Source: Thermoanaerobaculia bacterium
Lineage (GTDB): Bacteria > Acidobacteriota > Thermoanaerobaculia > Multivoradales > JAGPDF01
Assembly: GCA_963699245.1 (NCBI GenBank)
Contig: OY969426.1
Coordinates: 1,326,316 to 1,390,315 of the forward strand
Reading direction: 5' to 3'
Length of the DNA stretch: 64,000 bases
A program made the position numbers and the translations under genes. This document shows, one piece after another, positions 17,724 to 27,337 of the stretch (position 1 is the first letter of the stretch; the number at the start of each line of letters is the position of its first letter). The notes under the pieces are model-generated. The model searched no databases. It was not told the DNA's origin and worked only from the letters and a program-made list of their open reading frames with translations.

Positions 17724-18524
17724 TCAGCCGAACGACGGCTTGCGCTTGGCGACGAAGGCCTCGTAGGCCTCGCGGAAGTTCGGGTCCTGCATGCAGAGCG
17801 ACTGGATCTCGACCTCGGCCTCGAGCGCCGCGTCGAGGTCCATCGCCGCCTCGCGGTAGAGCATCTTCTTCGTCACCTCGAGCGCGAAGCTCGGGCCCCG
17901 GGCGAGGCGCTCCGCCCACTCGCGCGCCAGCGGCAGGCACTCGGCCGGCGGCACGACCCGATGGTAGAGGCCGATGCGCTGCGCTTCGCCCGCGTCGACG
18001 AAGTCGCCGAACATCAGGAGCTCCGTCGCGCGGCCGAGGCCGACGATGCGCGGCAGCAGCCACGAGGCGCCCATGTCGGCGCCGGAGAGGCCGACCTTGG
18101 TGAAGAGATAGGCGATCTTCGCCGTGTCGGCGGCGATCCGCAGGTCGCACGCCGCGGCGATCACCGCGCCGGCGCCGGCGACGGTGCCGTTCAGCGCGCC
18201 GACGATCGGTCGCCGGCAGCGGATCATCGAGCGGATGAGCGCGCCGGTGTCGCGCGTGAAGTCGAGCAGTCCCTTCGCGTCGCGCGCGAAGAGCTCGCCG
18301 ATGATCTCCTCGACGTCGCCGCCCGAGCAGAAGGCGCGCCCCGAGCCGGTGAGCAGGATGGCGCGCACGCCCGGCTCGGTGTCGAGGGCGTCGAAGGTCG
18401 CGCGCAGCTCGCGGTAGACCTCGAAGGTGAGCGCGTTCAGCCGCTCCGGGCGGTCGAGGGTGATCGTGGCGACGCTCGTGGCGGCGTCGAGCTCGTAGCG
18501 GAAGCTGCGCGGGGCGATCGTCAT
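17724..18524 (-). CDS. Enoyl-CoA hydratase/isomerase (crotonase family)
   Basis: …ITLDRPERLNAL…AILLTGSGRAFCSGGDV…ALNGTVAGAGAVIAAACDLRIAA…. Confidence 0.85.
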   Translation of the reverse strand: MTIAPRSFRYELDAATSVATITLDRPERLNALTFEVYRELRATFDALDTEPGVRAILLTGSGRAFCSGGDVEEIIGELFARDAKGLLDFTRDTGALIRSMIRCRRPIVGALNGTVAGAGAVIAAACDLRIAADTAKIAYLFTKVGLSGADMGASWLLPRIVGLGRATELLMFGDFVDAGEAQRIGLYHRVVPPAECLPLAREWAERLARGPSFALEVTKKMLYREAAMDLDAALEAEVEIQSLCMQDPNFREAYEAFVAKRKPSFG

Positions 18525-18531
18525 CGGCGCC

Positions 18532-18945
18532 TCACTCCGGAGGGAGCACCGCGGTCGCCTCGATCTCGACCCTGGCCCCCTCCTCGAGCAGCGCGGCGAC
18601 CTCGACGAGCGCCATGGCCGGGAAGTGCTTGCCGAAACGGGCGCGGTAGGCGACGCCGATCTCCGCGAGCTCGGCGGTGTAGTCCCGCTTGTCGGTGACG
18701 TAGACCGTCAAGCGCGCCACGTGCTCGGGGCGGCCGCCGGCGTCGTGCACCACCGCCAGGACGTTGTCGAGCGCCCGCGACCACTGGCAGAGGAAGCGCT
18801 CGCTGACCAGTTTCTGGTCGCGGTCCCAGCCGACCTGGCCGGCGACGAACAGCAAGCGGCCGCCGGCGGGCGCCAGGATGCCGTTCGAATACCCGCGCGG
18901 CGCGCCGAGCTCGGCGGGGTTGATCGGGCGGAGCTCGCGGCTCAT
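18532..18945 (-). CDS. RidA/YjgF-family reactive-intermediate deaminase
   Basis: The internal start [26 protein letters not shown]…FPAMALVEVAALLEEGARVEIEA; its ATG overlaps the SDR gene's TGA (ATGA). Confidence 0.8.
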   Translation of the reverse strand: MSRELRPINPAELGAPRGYSNGILAPAGGRLLFVAGQVGWDRDQKLVSERFLCQWSRALDNVLAVVHDAGGRPEHVARLTVYVTDKRDYTAELAEIGVAYRARFGKHFPAMALVEVAALLEEGARVEIEATAVLPPE

Positions 18946-19730
18946 GCCAGCAGCGCTCCCCCGTCGACGCCGATCGCCTGTCCGTTGACGCCGCGCGCGC
19001 GCGGATCGCAGAGCGCGACGGCGAGGAAGGCGACCTCCTCGGGCTCGATCAGCCTCCCCTGCGGGTTCATCTCGACCAGGCGGCGGCGGGCCTCGTCCGC
19101 CGGCAGGCCGGTGCGCGCCACGATGCGCTCGATCGACTCGTCGGTCATCGGCGTCTCGACGTAGCCCGGGCAGAGCGCGTTGACGGTCACGCCGCGCGCG
19201 GCGACCTCCGCCGCGACCGAGCGGGTGAAGCCGATGACGGCGTGCTTCGAGGCGGCGTAGGCGCTGATGTAGGCGGCGCCGGCGCGCCCCGCCACCGAGG
19301 CGACGTTGATCACCCGCCCCCAGCCGCCGGCGATCATCCCGGGCAGGAAAGTCCGGGTGCAGAGGAAAGTGCCGGTGGCATTGACGCTCATCAGCCGGTT
19401 CCACTCTTCGAGGTCGATCGAGCGCAGCGGCGCCGAAGAGGCCACTCCGGCGTTGTTGATCAGGATGTCGACCGGTCCGAGCTCCGTCTCCGCGAAACCG
19501 AGCAGGCGCGACACCGACTCCTCGCTGGTGACGTCGCAGGGGTGCGCGCGAGCCTCCCGGCCTGCGGCGACGAGATCGCGCGCCACTCCCTCGATCTGCC
19601 CGCTGCTGCGCGCCGACACCACGACCCGCGCGCCCGCTTCGGCGAGAGCGCGCGCCACTGCCGCGCCGATGCCGCGGCCGCCGCCGGTGACGACGGCGAC
19701 CCGGCCGGCGAGATCGACGGCGAGGCTCAC
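18942..19730 (-). CDS. Short-chain dehydrogenase/reductase (SDR) family oxidoreductase
   Basis: The GTG start ([22 protein letters not shown]…) is preceded by GAAGGGGG. NNAG, SxnY-AASK and PGYVETPM motifs are present. Only the C-terminal part of ORF 18942..20951 is coding. Confidence 0.8.
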   Translation of the reverse strand: MSLAVDLAGRVAVVTGGGRGIGAAVARALAEAGARVVVSARSSGQIEGVARDLVAAGREARAHPCDVTSEESVSRLLGFAETELGPVDILINNAGVASSAPLRSIDLEEWNRLMSVNATGTFLCTRTFLPGMIAGGWGRVINVASVAGRAGAAYISAYAASKHAVIGFTRSVAAEVAARGVTVNALCPGYVETPMTDESIERIVARTGLPADEARRRLVEMNPQGRLIEPEEVAFLAVALCDPRARGVNGQAIGVDGGALLA

Positions 19731-20122
19731 GCCCCCTTCTTCGCCAGCAGGTCGCGGATCTCGGCGAGGAGGACGACATCCGCCGGCGGCGGCGCTGCGG
19801 CGGGCGCCGGCTTCGGCCGGCTCATCGCGTTGACCGCCTTGACCAGCAGGAAGACGCAGAAGGCGATGATCAGGAAGTCGAGCACCGCCTGCAGGAAGGA
19901 GCCGTAGCCGAGGACCACCGGCGCCGCATCGGTGCCGCCCACGCGCAGCGCCAGCGCGGAGAAGTCGACGCCCCCGACCACCATGCCGATCAACGGCATG
20001 AGGAGGTTGGCGACGAGGGAGGAGACGATCTTGCCGAAGGCGCCGCCGATGATCACGCCGACAGCGAGATCCATCACGTTGCCGCGCTGCACGAAAGTCT
20101 TGAACTCGCTGACCATGCCCAT
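19727..20122 (-). CDS. mscL: Large-conductance mechanosensitive channel
   Basis: [46 protein letters not shown]… is canonical MscL. Confidence 0.9.
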   Translation of the reverse strand: MGMVSEFKTFVQRGNVMDLAVGVIIGGAFGKIVSSLVANLLMPLIGMVVGGVDFSALALRVGGTDAAPVVLGYGSFLQAVLDFLIIAFCVFLLVKAVNAMSRPKPAPAAAPPPADVVLLAEIRDLLAKKGA

Positions 20123-20200
20123 GCCGGACTCCCCTCGTGAAGGATTTCGGTGGATGCTGACTGAATCGCGGCTCGGACGCTCCGGAGATCGACGGCGATG

Positions 20201-20959
20201 TTACTCGACTCCGGCGGCGAACGCGGCCGTCACCGCCTCGCTGAGAATCCCGCCGAGCGTCGCGACGATCTCCCTGCCCTCGGCCGCGCTCGCCGCCGCC
20301 GGATCGCCGCACCAGGCCGCGGCGAGACCGGCCTCCTCTAACCGTGTTTCGCCGCGGCGGATGGCGTCGGAGAGCGAGATCTCGCGTGGCGCGAGAGCGC
20401 GCCGCGCGCCGTCGTCGACCAGCTCGGGGCGCTCCGCGAGCAGGATCGACGACTCGAAGCGCCCGGCGTGGCAGGCTCCGCGGCGGAACTCGTCGGTCAG
20501 CCGCGCGGCGAGGGCGCGGCGGGTGAGATCGGGGAAGACCAGCCGCGGCCGGCCGCGCTCGCCGATCCGCGCCGCCGCCTCGCGCACCGTCGCCACCTGC
20601 GCCGGGTCGAAGTGGACGTTGACGAGGGCGAGAACCGCAACGCCGCGCGCCGCCACCGCCGCCGCCAGGTCCTCGAGCAGCGCGGCGAGTGTCGCCGGCG
20701 AGATGGAGAGCGTGCCGGCGAAGCCGTCGGCGAAGGGAGCCGGCGCGTAGGCCATGGCAGGAAGAATCCAGGCCTCGATGCCGGCCTCCGCCAACCGGCG
20801 GGCGCCCTCGCGCGCCATCGCTTCGGCGATCACGACGTCGGTGGCGAGCGGAAGGTGGGGGCCGTGCGCCTCGACGGCGCCGAGCGGCAGGAGCGCGGCG
20901 GCACGCCGGCCGGCGATGCCTTCGAGCTCCGGGTAACGCGCTTCGCCCCAACGCCGCAC
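20201..20959 (-). CDS. Creatininase-family amidohydrolase
   Basis: …AALLPLGAVEAHGPHLPLATDVVIAEA… is the creatininase family signature. Confidence 0.7.
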   Translation of the reverse strand: MRRWGEARYPELEGIAGRRAAALLPLGAVEAHGPHLPLATDVVIAEAMAREGARRLAEAGIEAWILPAMAYAPAPFADGFAGTLSISPATLAALLEDLAAAVAARGVAVLALVNVHFDPAQVATVREAAARIGERGRPRLVFPDLTRRALAARLTDEFRRGACHAGRFESSILLAERPELVDDGARRALAPREISLSDAIRRGETRLEEAGLAAAWCGDPAAASAAEGREIVATLGGILSEAVTAAFAAGVE

Positions 20960-21009
20960 GCGCCGGATGCTAGCAGCCGCGGCGGCCGCGAATGCGATAG
21001 AAAGCGCCC

Positions 21010-21498
21010 ATGTCCGAGCTCGATCTGCTGCTGCACAACCTCGACCAGGCCTTCGGCAGGAAGGCCTGGCACGGTCCCAATCTGCGCGGCGCGCTCGCCC
21101 GCGTCACCGCCGCCGACGCCGCCTGGCGGCCGGCGGACGGCCGGCACAACGTCTGGGAGCTGGCGGTGCACTGCGCCTACTGGAAGTACGCGGTCTGGCG
21201 GCAGCTCACCGGCCAGCCGAAGGGATCGTTTCCGCTCGAGGGCTCGAATTTCTTCGCCCGCCCGGACGGGCCGGCCGACGAGGCGGCCTGGAAGGCGGAT
21301 CGCAAGCTGCTCGACACGATGCACCGCCGGCTGCACGACGCGGCGGCGGCACTGACCCCGAGACGTCTCGGCGTGAAGCCCGAGGGATCGAAGTACCCGG
21401 CGCGCGAGCTGCTGGTCGGCATCGCCTCGCACGACCTCTACCACGCCGGCCAGATTCAGTTGCTGAAGAGACTGCGCGCCGGCGCGAGGTCCGCCTGA
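21010..21498 (+). CDS. DinB/YfiT-like (DinB_2) metal-dependent hydrolase-fold protein
   Basis: …WHGPNLRGALARVTAADAAWRP…WELAVHCAYWKY…HDLYHAGQIQLLKR. Confidence 0.75.
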   Translation: MSELDLLLHNLDQAFGRKAWHGPNLRGALARVTAADAAWRPADGRHNVWELAVHCAYWKYAVWRQLTGQPKGSFPLEGSNFFARPDGPADEAAWKADRKLLDTMHRRLHDAAAALTPRRLGVKPEGSKYPARELLVGIASHDLYHAGQIQLLKRLRAGARSA

Positions 21499-22586
21499 AG
21501 CGCGCCGCCGCGCCCGCGGCGCGGCCCTCGGCAACGCGTCCCCTCCGCATCGGCTTCATCGGCTGCGGCTTCGTGACGCGATCGCGCCATCTTCCGGCCC
21601 TCGCCCGCGTGCGCGAGGCCGAAGCGGTCGCGCTCGCCGACGTCGACGCGGCGGCGCTCGCCGGAACCGGCGACGCGTGGAACATCGCGCGCCGCCATCG
21701 CGACCCGCTGGCGCTGATCGTGGACCCCGCAGTCGAAGCGGTCGCCATCTGCACGCCCGCCGCCGACCACGTGCCGCTCGCCCTCGCGGCGCTCGAGGCG
21801 GGCCGCCACGTCTTCGTCGAGAAGCCGCTGGCGCTCTCGCTGGCCGAGGCGGACCGGCTCGTCGCCCGCGCCGACGCCTCCGCCGCCAAGGTCCTGGTCG
21901 GGTTCAATCTGCGCTGGCACCGGCTGGCATTGCGCGCGAGAGAGATCGTGCGCGGCGGCGGCATCGGCCGCGTGCGCGCCGTGCGCAGCGTCTTCGCCGA
22001 TCCACTGCTGTCGCAGTCCGGGCTTCCGGCCTGGCGCCTGCGGCGCGCGCAGGGGGGCGGCAGTCTGCTCGACAAGGGCATCCACCACTTCGACCTCTGG
22101 CGGTACCTGCTCGGCGAGGAGATCGAGGCCGTCACGGCGGCGACCGACTCCGCGACCGGCGACGACGAGATCGCGCTCGTCAACGCGCGCTCCTCGGGCG
22201 GCACGTTGCTGAGCGCGCTGGTCGCGGATGCGACGGGCGGCGGCAACGAAATGACGCTCTACGGCGACGCCGGCACGCTGCATCTCGACTTCTACCGCTC
22301 GGACGGCCTCGAGCTGCGGCCGCCCGCCGAGCTGTCCGGAGCGCCTCTGACTCGCCTGCGGCGGCTCGCGGCGTCGCTCGGCGCGCTGGCCCGCAGCGCC
22401 GGCGAGCTCGCACGCGGCGGCGCCTTCGACGCGGCGTACGACCGCCAGTGGCGGCACTTCGCCGATACCGTCCGTCGCGACCTGCGGTCCGGCTGCGATG
22501 CGCGCGACGGACGGGAGGCGCTGGCGATCGCGCTCGCCGCGCTCGCTGGTGCCCGAGCTCGCCGGGAGGCGCCGAATGGCGACTGA
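21495..22586 (+). CDS. Gfo/Idh/MocA-family NAD(P)-dependent oxidoreductase (start codon not resolved)
   Basis: …PLRIGFIGCGFVTRSRHLPAL…HVFVEKPLALSLAEADRL… The coding signal begins right after the dinB stop. There is no ATG, GTG or TTG in frame before the Rossmann motif; CTG at 21495 overlaps the dinB TGA, so the 5' end is uncertain. Confidence 0.7.
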   Translation: MKRAAAPAARPSATRPLRIGFIGCGFVTRSRHLPALARVREAEAVALADVDAAALAGTGDAWNIARRHRDPLALIVDPAVEAVAICTPAADHVPLALAALEAGRHVFVEKPLALSLAEADRLVARADASAAKVLVGFNLRWHRLALRAREIVRGGGIGRVRAVRSVFADPLLSQSGLPAWRLRRAQGGGSLLDKGIHHFDLWRYLLGEEIEAVTAATDSATGDDEIALVNARSSGGTLLSALVADATGGGNEMTLYGDAGTLHLDFYRSDGLELRPPAELSGAPLTRLRRLAASLGALARSAGELARGGAFDAAYDRQWRHFADTVRRDLRSGCDARDGREALAIALAALAGARARREAPNGD

Positions 22587-23580
22587 GAGCGCGCCGCAGA
22601 TCGCGGTCCTGCTGGTCACCGACGGCTTCGCCACGGTGCGCCAGGTCGTGCGCCGCCTGCTCGCGCAGACGATCCGCGACCGCATCGAGCTCGTGCTCGT
22701 CGGCGAGTCGACCGCCGACCTGGGCGAAGCGGAGGATCTGTCGCCCTTCGACAGCGTCCGCCGGGTGCGGGTCGACACGCGCGAGCTCGCCGAGCTGCAC
22801 CCGGCGCGCGTCGCCGGAATTCGCGCCGCCGCGGCGCCGATCGTCGTCTTCGGCGAGACGCACTCGTTTCCGGAGCCCGACTACTGCGAGCGCCTGCTCG
22901 CCGCGCATCGTGCCGGCGAGTGGGCGGCGGTCGGCCCCGGCATGCTCAACGCCAATCCGGCGAGCGCGATCAGCTGGTCGGGCCTGCTGCTCGACTACGG
23001 CGCCTGGCTGGCGGGGAGCCCGGCCGGGCCCTGCCAGCACATCGCGGGCCACAACGGCGCCTATCGGCGCGAGACTCTGCTCGCCTACGGCGACGAGCTG
23101 CCCGGGCTGATGCGCGCCGACACGGTGCTGACGGCCCGCCTGCGCGCCGACGGCCATCGCTTCTACTTCGAGCCCGGCGCGCGCACTCGCCACCTCAATG
23201 TCTCGAAGCCGGCCTCGTGGGTCGTGGAGCGCTTCGCCGCCGGCCGCGAGTTCGCCGCCGCGCGGCTGGCGGCGGCACCGCTCGCGCGCCGGGCGCTCTT
23301 CGTCGCCGGCTCGCCGCTGATTCCCGTCATCCGGCTGGTGCGGATCGCGCGTCTGGTGGCGCGCGTCGATCGGGAGCACCGGCCCGGCTGGCGCGTCCTC
23401 CCGGCGCTCGCCGTGGCGCTCGTGATCAGCGCGGCGGGAGAGCTCTGCGGCTACGCTCTCGGCTCGAGCCCGCGCGGCGCCCGCCGCCTCGCCGAGATCG
23501 AGCTCCATCGCGAGCGCCACGTCGCTGGTTGGCGGCCGGCCGCCGCCGCGGCAACGGCCGCGGAGCCCGAGGGCGCATGA
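22576..23580 (+). CDS. Glycosyltransferase-like protein (GT-A-type), paralog A
   Basis: MATESAPQIAVLLVTDGFATVRQVV…GETHSFPEPDY…MLNANPAS…GHNGAYRRETLL. It overlaps the Gfo stop and is about 35% similar to the next gene. Confidence 0.6.
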   Translation: MATESAPQIAVLLVTDGFATVRQVVRRLLAQTIRDRIELVLVGESTADLGEAEDLSPFDSVRRVRVDTRELAELHPARVAGIRAAAAPIVVFGETHSFPEPDYCERLLAAHRAGEWAAVGPGMLNANPASAISWSGLLLDYGAWLAGSPAGPCQHIAGHNGAYRRETLLAYGDELPGLMRADTVLTARLRADGHRFYFEPGARTRHLNVSKPASWVVERFAAGREFAAARLAAAPLARRALFVAGSPLIPVIRLVRIARLVARVDREHRPGWRVLPALAVALVISAAGELCGYALGSSPRGARRLAEIELHRERHVAGWRPAAAAATAAEPEGA

Positions 23581-24539
23581 CTCCCGCTGCCGCGCCCGCG
23601 CTGGCCGTCGTCCTGCCGACCGACCGCCTCGAGACCGTCGCCGCGACGCTCGACGCCTTGCGGCGGCAGACCGTCGCGCGCCGGGTCGAAGTGATCCTGG
23701 TGGCGCCGCCCGGCGTCGCCCTCGTCGATCCCGACCCGGCCGGCGACTTCGCGAACGTGCGGTGGGTCGAGTGCGGAAACTTCGATCAACCCAGCTGGCT
23801 CCCCGAGGCGCGCGCCGCCGGCGTCCGCGCCGCCACGGCGCCGGTCGTGGCGATCGGCGAGACGCACTCCTATCCGGAGCCGGAGTGGGCCGCCGCGCTG
23901 CTCGCCGCGCACGACGGGCCGTGGGCCGCCGTCGGCGCGCGAATTCTGAACGCCAACCCCGGCTCCAGGATCAGCTGGGCGAACATCCTGATCGACTTCG
24001 CGCCCTGGGTCGAACGCCGCGAGCGCGGGCCGATGCGCGAGATGCCGGGGCACAACACGTCCTACAAACGGGAGGTCCTGCTGGCGCGCGGCGAGCGTCT
24101 CGAGCACGATCTCGCTTCCGAGACCCTGCTCGCCGCGGAGCTGATCGCCGCCGGCCACCAGCTTCTGTTCGAGCCCGCCGCCGCCACGCGGCACGTCAAC
24201 CTGGCGACTCCGTACTGGTACCTCGAGCGATTCGACCACGATCGCCAGTGGGCCGTCCTGCGCGCGGCGCCCTGGCGCCTGCCCCGCCGCCTGCTCTACG
24301 CGCTCGGCGCGCCGCTCATCCCGTTCGTCCGCTTCGCGCGGATCCGCACGGATCTGCGGCGCACGGGCCGCTCCCGTGATTTCCGGCTCGCGGGGGTGAT
24401 CCTCCTCGGCCTGGCCGCCGGCGCGGCGGGAGAAGCGGTCGCCTACCTCTCGCGCCGCGCCGGAGCGAGCAGCCGGCGCCTGCACGAGGTCGAGCTGCAC
24501 CGCCTGCGCTTCGCCGGGAAGGCGGAGGAGACCCGCTGA
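23577..24539 (+). CDS. Glycosyltransferase-like protein (GT-A-type), paralog B
   Basis: MTPAAAPALAVVLPTDRLETV…GETHSYPEPEW…ILNANPGS…GHNTSYKREVLL. Its ATG overlaps the previous gene's TGA (ATGA). Confidence 0.6.
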   Translation: MTPAAAPALAVVLPTDRLETVAATLDALRRQTVARRVEVILVAPPGVALVDPDPAGDFANVRWVECGNFDQPSWLPEARAAGVRAATAPVVAIGETHSYPEPEWAAALLAAHDGPWAAVGARILNANPGSRISWANILIDFAPWVERRERGPMREMPGHNTSYKREVLLARGERLEHDLASETLLAAELIAAGHQLLFEPAAATRHVNLATPYWYLERFDHDRQWAVLRAAPWRLPRRLLYALGAPLIPFVRFARIRTDLRRTGRSRDFRLAGVILLGLAAGAAGEAVAYLSRRAGASSRRLHEVELHRLRFAGKAEETR

Positions 24540-24562
24540 GCGCGCCGGCCCCCTTCTGCTCG

Positions 24563-25441
24563 GTGATCGTTCCGACGCACCGCCGCCCGCGGATCCTGGA
24601 GGGCTGTCTCGCGGCGCTCGCCGCGCTCGACTATCCGCCGCAGCGACTCGAGGTGATCGTCGTCGACGACGGCGGCGACGCGCCGCTCGACGCCGTCGTC
24701 GCGCCGCTCCACGAGCGGATCGCGACGACCCTCCTGCGCCAGCCCCGGCAGGGTCCGGGGGCAGCGCGCAACGCCGGCGCCGGGCGGGCGCGCGGCACGC
24801 TCCTCGCGTTCACCGACGACGACTGTCGTCCTGCGCCGGAGTGGCTCGGCCGGCTCGCCGCCGAGCACGCGCGGGCGCCGGACGTCATGCTCGGCGGCCA
24901 CACGCGCAACGCCTTGGGCGGCAATCCCTTCTCGACCACCAGCCAGCTCATCATCGACGCGGGCTACGCCTGGCACAACGGAGATCCGCAAGACGCCCGC
25001 TTCCTGACCTCCAACAACGTGGCCGTTCCCGCGGCGGGGTTTCGCGAGGTCGGGGGCTTCGACCCGGCCTTCATGACCTCGGAGGACCGCGATCTCTGCG
25101 ACCGCTGGGTGGCGAGCGGCAGACGCATCCACTACCTCGCCGACGCCCTCGTCGAGCATGCGCACGAGCTCACGCTGCGCAGCTTCTGCCGGCAGCATCT
25201 CGCCTACGGGAGGGGGGCGTTCCGCTTTCACGCCGAGCACGCCCGGCGGACCGGCCGGCGAGTCCGCGTCGAGCCGCGCTTCTATCTCGGACTGCATCGC
25301 CGCGCGCTGCGGCACCGCGGCGGCCCATCGGGAACGCAGTTGCAACTCGCGCTGCTCCTCTGGCACGCCGCCAACCTGGCGGGATTCCTGTTGCAGTGGG
25401 CCGGGAGGCCCGGCGGCGGGCGCACGGTCGCCGCGCTCTAG
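24563..25441 (+). CDS. Family-2 glycosyltransferase
   Basis: …SVIVPTHRRPRILEGCLAAL…RLEVIVVDDGGDAP…AFTDDDC… is the GT2 DxD architecture. Confidence 0.8.
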   Translation: MIVPTHRRPRILEGCLAALAALDYPPQRLEVIVVDDGGDAPLDAVVAPLHERIATTLLRQPRQGPGAARNAGAGRARGTLLAFTDDDCRPAPEWLGRLAAEHARAPDVMLGGHTRNALGGNPFSTTSQLIIDAGYAWHNGDPQDARFLTSNNVAVPAAGFREVGGFDPAFMTSEDRDLCDRWVASGRRIHYLADALVEHAHELTLRSFCRQHLAYGRGAFRFHAEHARRTGRRVRVEPRFYLGLHRRALRHRGGPSGTQLQLALLLWHAANLAGFLLQWAGRPGGGRTVAAL

Positions 25442-26346
25442 GGAATGCCGTAGCGCTTGCGCTTCTCCCAGAGATTCTTGCGGCTGATGCCGAGAATCCC
25501 GGCGGCGCGCCCCTGATGTCCGCGCGCCGCGGCGAGCGCGGCGCGAATCGCTTCGACCTCGACCTCGGCGAGCGAGCGCGCCGGCGTCTCGCCGCCGCCG
25601 CGCGGCCGCTCGGGATCGATCTCCGCGCCGCGCGTGCCGAGCAGGGCGCGCTCGAGCGCGTTGCGCAGCTGCCGCAGGTTGCCCGGCCAGGCGTGCTCGG
25701 GCATCCAGCGCCGCGCGGCGGCCGACAGCCGGGCGTCCTCGCGGCCGAAGCGCTGCGCCAGGTCGGCGAGCAGCGCCTCGGCGAGCGGCAGGACGTCCTC
25801 GCGGCGCTCGCGCAGCGGCGCCAGCCGGAACGTCAGCACTTCGAGCCGCCAGAAGAGATCGTCGCGGAAGTCCCCCGCCTCCACCCGCCGCGGCAGGTCG
25901 GCGGCGCCGATGGCGACGAAACGGACGTCGGCGGCGCTCTCGGCGCCGCCGAGCGGCGCGAAGCGGCGCTCGGCGAGGAGGCGCAGGAGTTTGGGCTGCA
26001 CAGCGAGCGGCAGCTCTTCGACGTGATCGAGCAGGAGCGTGCCGCCGGCGGCGCGCGCGACGCGGCCGAGATGCACGCGGTCGGCGCCGGTGAAGGCGCC
26101 GGGCCGGTGGCCGAAGAGCTCGCTCTCGAAGAGCGTCGCCGGCACGGCGGCGGCGTCGACCTCGACCAGCGGTCCGGCGGCACGAGCCCCGGCGGCGTGG
26201 AGGGCGCGCGCCAGGGCGGTGCGGCCGGTGCCCGGCTCGCCGAGGAGGAGGATCGGAGCCTCCGCCGCGGCGGCGCGCAGGAAGGCGCTCTCGCGCGAAC
26301 GGAGCGAGGGCGACGCCGCGAGGAGGCGCGCCAGCTCGGAGCTCAC
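25438..26346 (-). CDS. Sigma-54-interacting AAA+ transcriptional activator without a receiver domain
   Basis: …ILLLGEPGTGRTALARALH…ESELFGH…GAFTGA… with a C-terminal Fis-type HTH (…AAGILGISRKNLWEKRKRYGI). The GTG at 26346 overlaps the rsfS TGA (GTGA); the upstream part of ORF 25438..26472 overlaps rsfS. Confidence 0.7.
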   Translation of the reverse strand: MSSELARLLAASPSLRSRESAFLRAAAAEAPILLLGEPGTGRTALARALHAAGARAAGPLVEVDAAAVPATLFESELFGHRPGAFTGADRVHLGRVARAAGGTLLLDHVEELPLAVQPKLLRLLAERRFAPLGGAESAADVRFVAIGAADLPRRVEAGDFRDDLFWRLEVLTFRLAPLRERREDVLPLAEALLADLAQRFGREDARLSAAARRWMPEHAWPGNLRQLRNALERALLGTRGAEIDPERPRGGGETPARSLAEVEVEAIRAALAAARGHQGRAAGILGISRKNLWEKRKRYGIP

Positions 26347-26732
26347 GATGCGGGCTGGAAGTCGGGGGTGACGTCGGGCGCGTCGCTCCACAGCCGTTCG
26401 AGGCCGTAGAAGCGGCGCCGCTCGTCGAGGAAGACGTGCACCAGGAAGTCGCCGTAGTCGAGCAGCACCCACTGGCCGGGGGCGTACCCCTCGACGTGCA
26501 AGGGGCGGACGCCGCCCGCCTTCAGGCGCTCCTCGACGCGGTCGGCGATCGCCTGCACCTGGCGCTCGTTGATGCCGCTCGCCAGCACGAACCAGTCGGC
26601 AAAGTCGGCGACCGGCGCGAGGCGGCGGACGCGCACGTCCTCACCCTTGGTGTCCTGGATCGCGGCGACGGCCTCGCGCACGGCGGCCTGCGAGTCGAGC
26701 TTTCGAGAGGGGGCGGCGGAGGGGCGCGTCAT
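26343..26732 (-). CDS. rsfS: Ribosomal silencing factor RsfS (Iojap)
   Basis: [14 protein letters not shown]…DFADWFVLASGINERQVQAIADRVEERLK…WVLLDYGDFLVHVF…. Confidence 0.85.
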   Translation of the reverse strand: MTRPSAAPSRKLDSQAAVREAVAAIQDTKGEDVRVRRLAPVADFADWFVLASGINERQVQAIADRVEERLKAGGVRPLHVEGYAPGQWVLLDYGDFLVHVFLDERRRFYGLERLWSDAPDVTPDFQPAS

Positions 26733-27337
26733 CGATAGAGGGCGTACTTCGTCACGAATGCTAGCACCCGCGGATCGAGCCAGCCGTCGGGCAGCGGCTC
26801 GCCGGAGCGCAGGCGGCGGCGGATCTCGGTCGCCGATGCGGGATGCGGAACCGCGCTCACCCAGGTGAGGCGGGTGCGGCCGATCGCGGCGGTGAGCGCC
26901 GGCGCGAGGGTCGGCGCGACGTGCGTCCACTCCCAGCCCGGCCGGACGACGACGCCGAGCTCGGTGGTGGCAAGGATCTCCTCCCAGCGCCGCCAGGTGT
27001 CGAAGAGCGCGAGCGAATCGGCACCGACGATCATCACCAGCTCGTCCGCCGGCCGCTCGGCGCGGAAGCGCTCGAGCGTCTCGATCGAGTAGACCGGGCG
27101 GCCGAGCGCCAGCTCGGCGTCGGAGACCAGGAGACCTGGCTCGTCGAGGAGCGCGATCTCCGCCATCGCGTAACGCGCCAGGGCCGGTGCCAGCTCGCGC
27201 CCCGGCTTGTGGGGCGGGCGCGCGGTCGGGAGGAAGACGACCTGGTCGAGCCGCAGCGCGGCGCGCGCGGCGCGCGCCACCGCGAGGTGACCGAGGTGAA
27301 TCGGGTCGAAGCTGCCGCCGAAGAGGCCGACTCTCAC
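26729..27337 (-). CDS. nadD: Nicotinate-nucleotide adenylyltransferase
   Basis: [18 protein letters not shown]…[12 protein letters not shown]…. Confidence 0.85.
   Translation of the reverse strand: MRVGLFGGSFDPIHLGHLAVARAARAALRLDQVVFLPTARPPHKPGRELAPALARYAMAEIALLDEPGLLVSDAELALGRPVYSIETLERFRAERPADELVMIVGADSLALFDTWRRWEEILATTELGVVVRPGWEWTHVAPTLAPALTAAIGRTRLTWVSAVPHPASATEIRRRLRSGEPLPDGWLDPRVLAFVTKYALYR

Noticed and set aside
20967-21540. N-terminal 190 aa of ORF 20967..22586
   Set aside because: It overlaps dinB in another frame and is Arg-rich. Only the portion after the dinB stop (the Gfo/Idh/MocA gene) is coding.
21206-22778. Minus-strand ORFs 21206..22246 (346 aa) and 21456..22778 (440 aa)
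   Set aside because: Antisense to the Gfo/Idh/MocA and GT genes; low-complexity.
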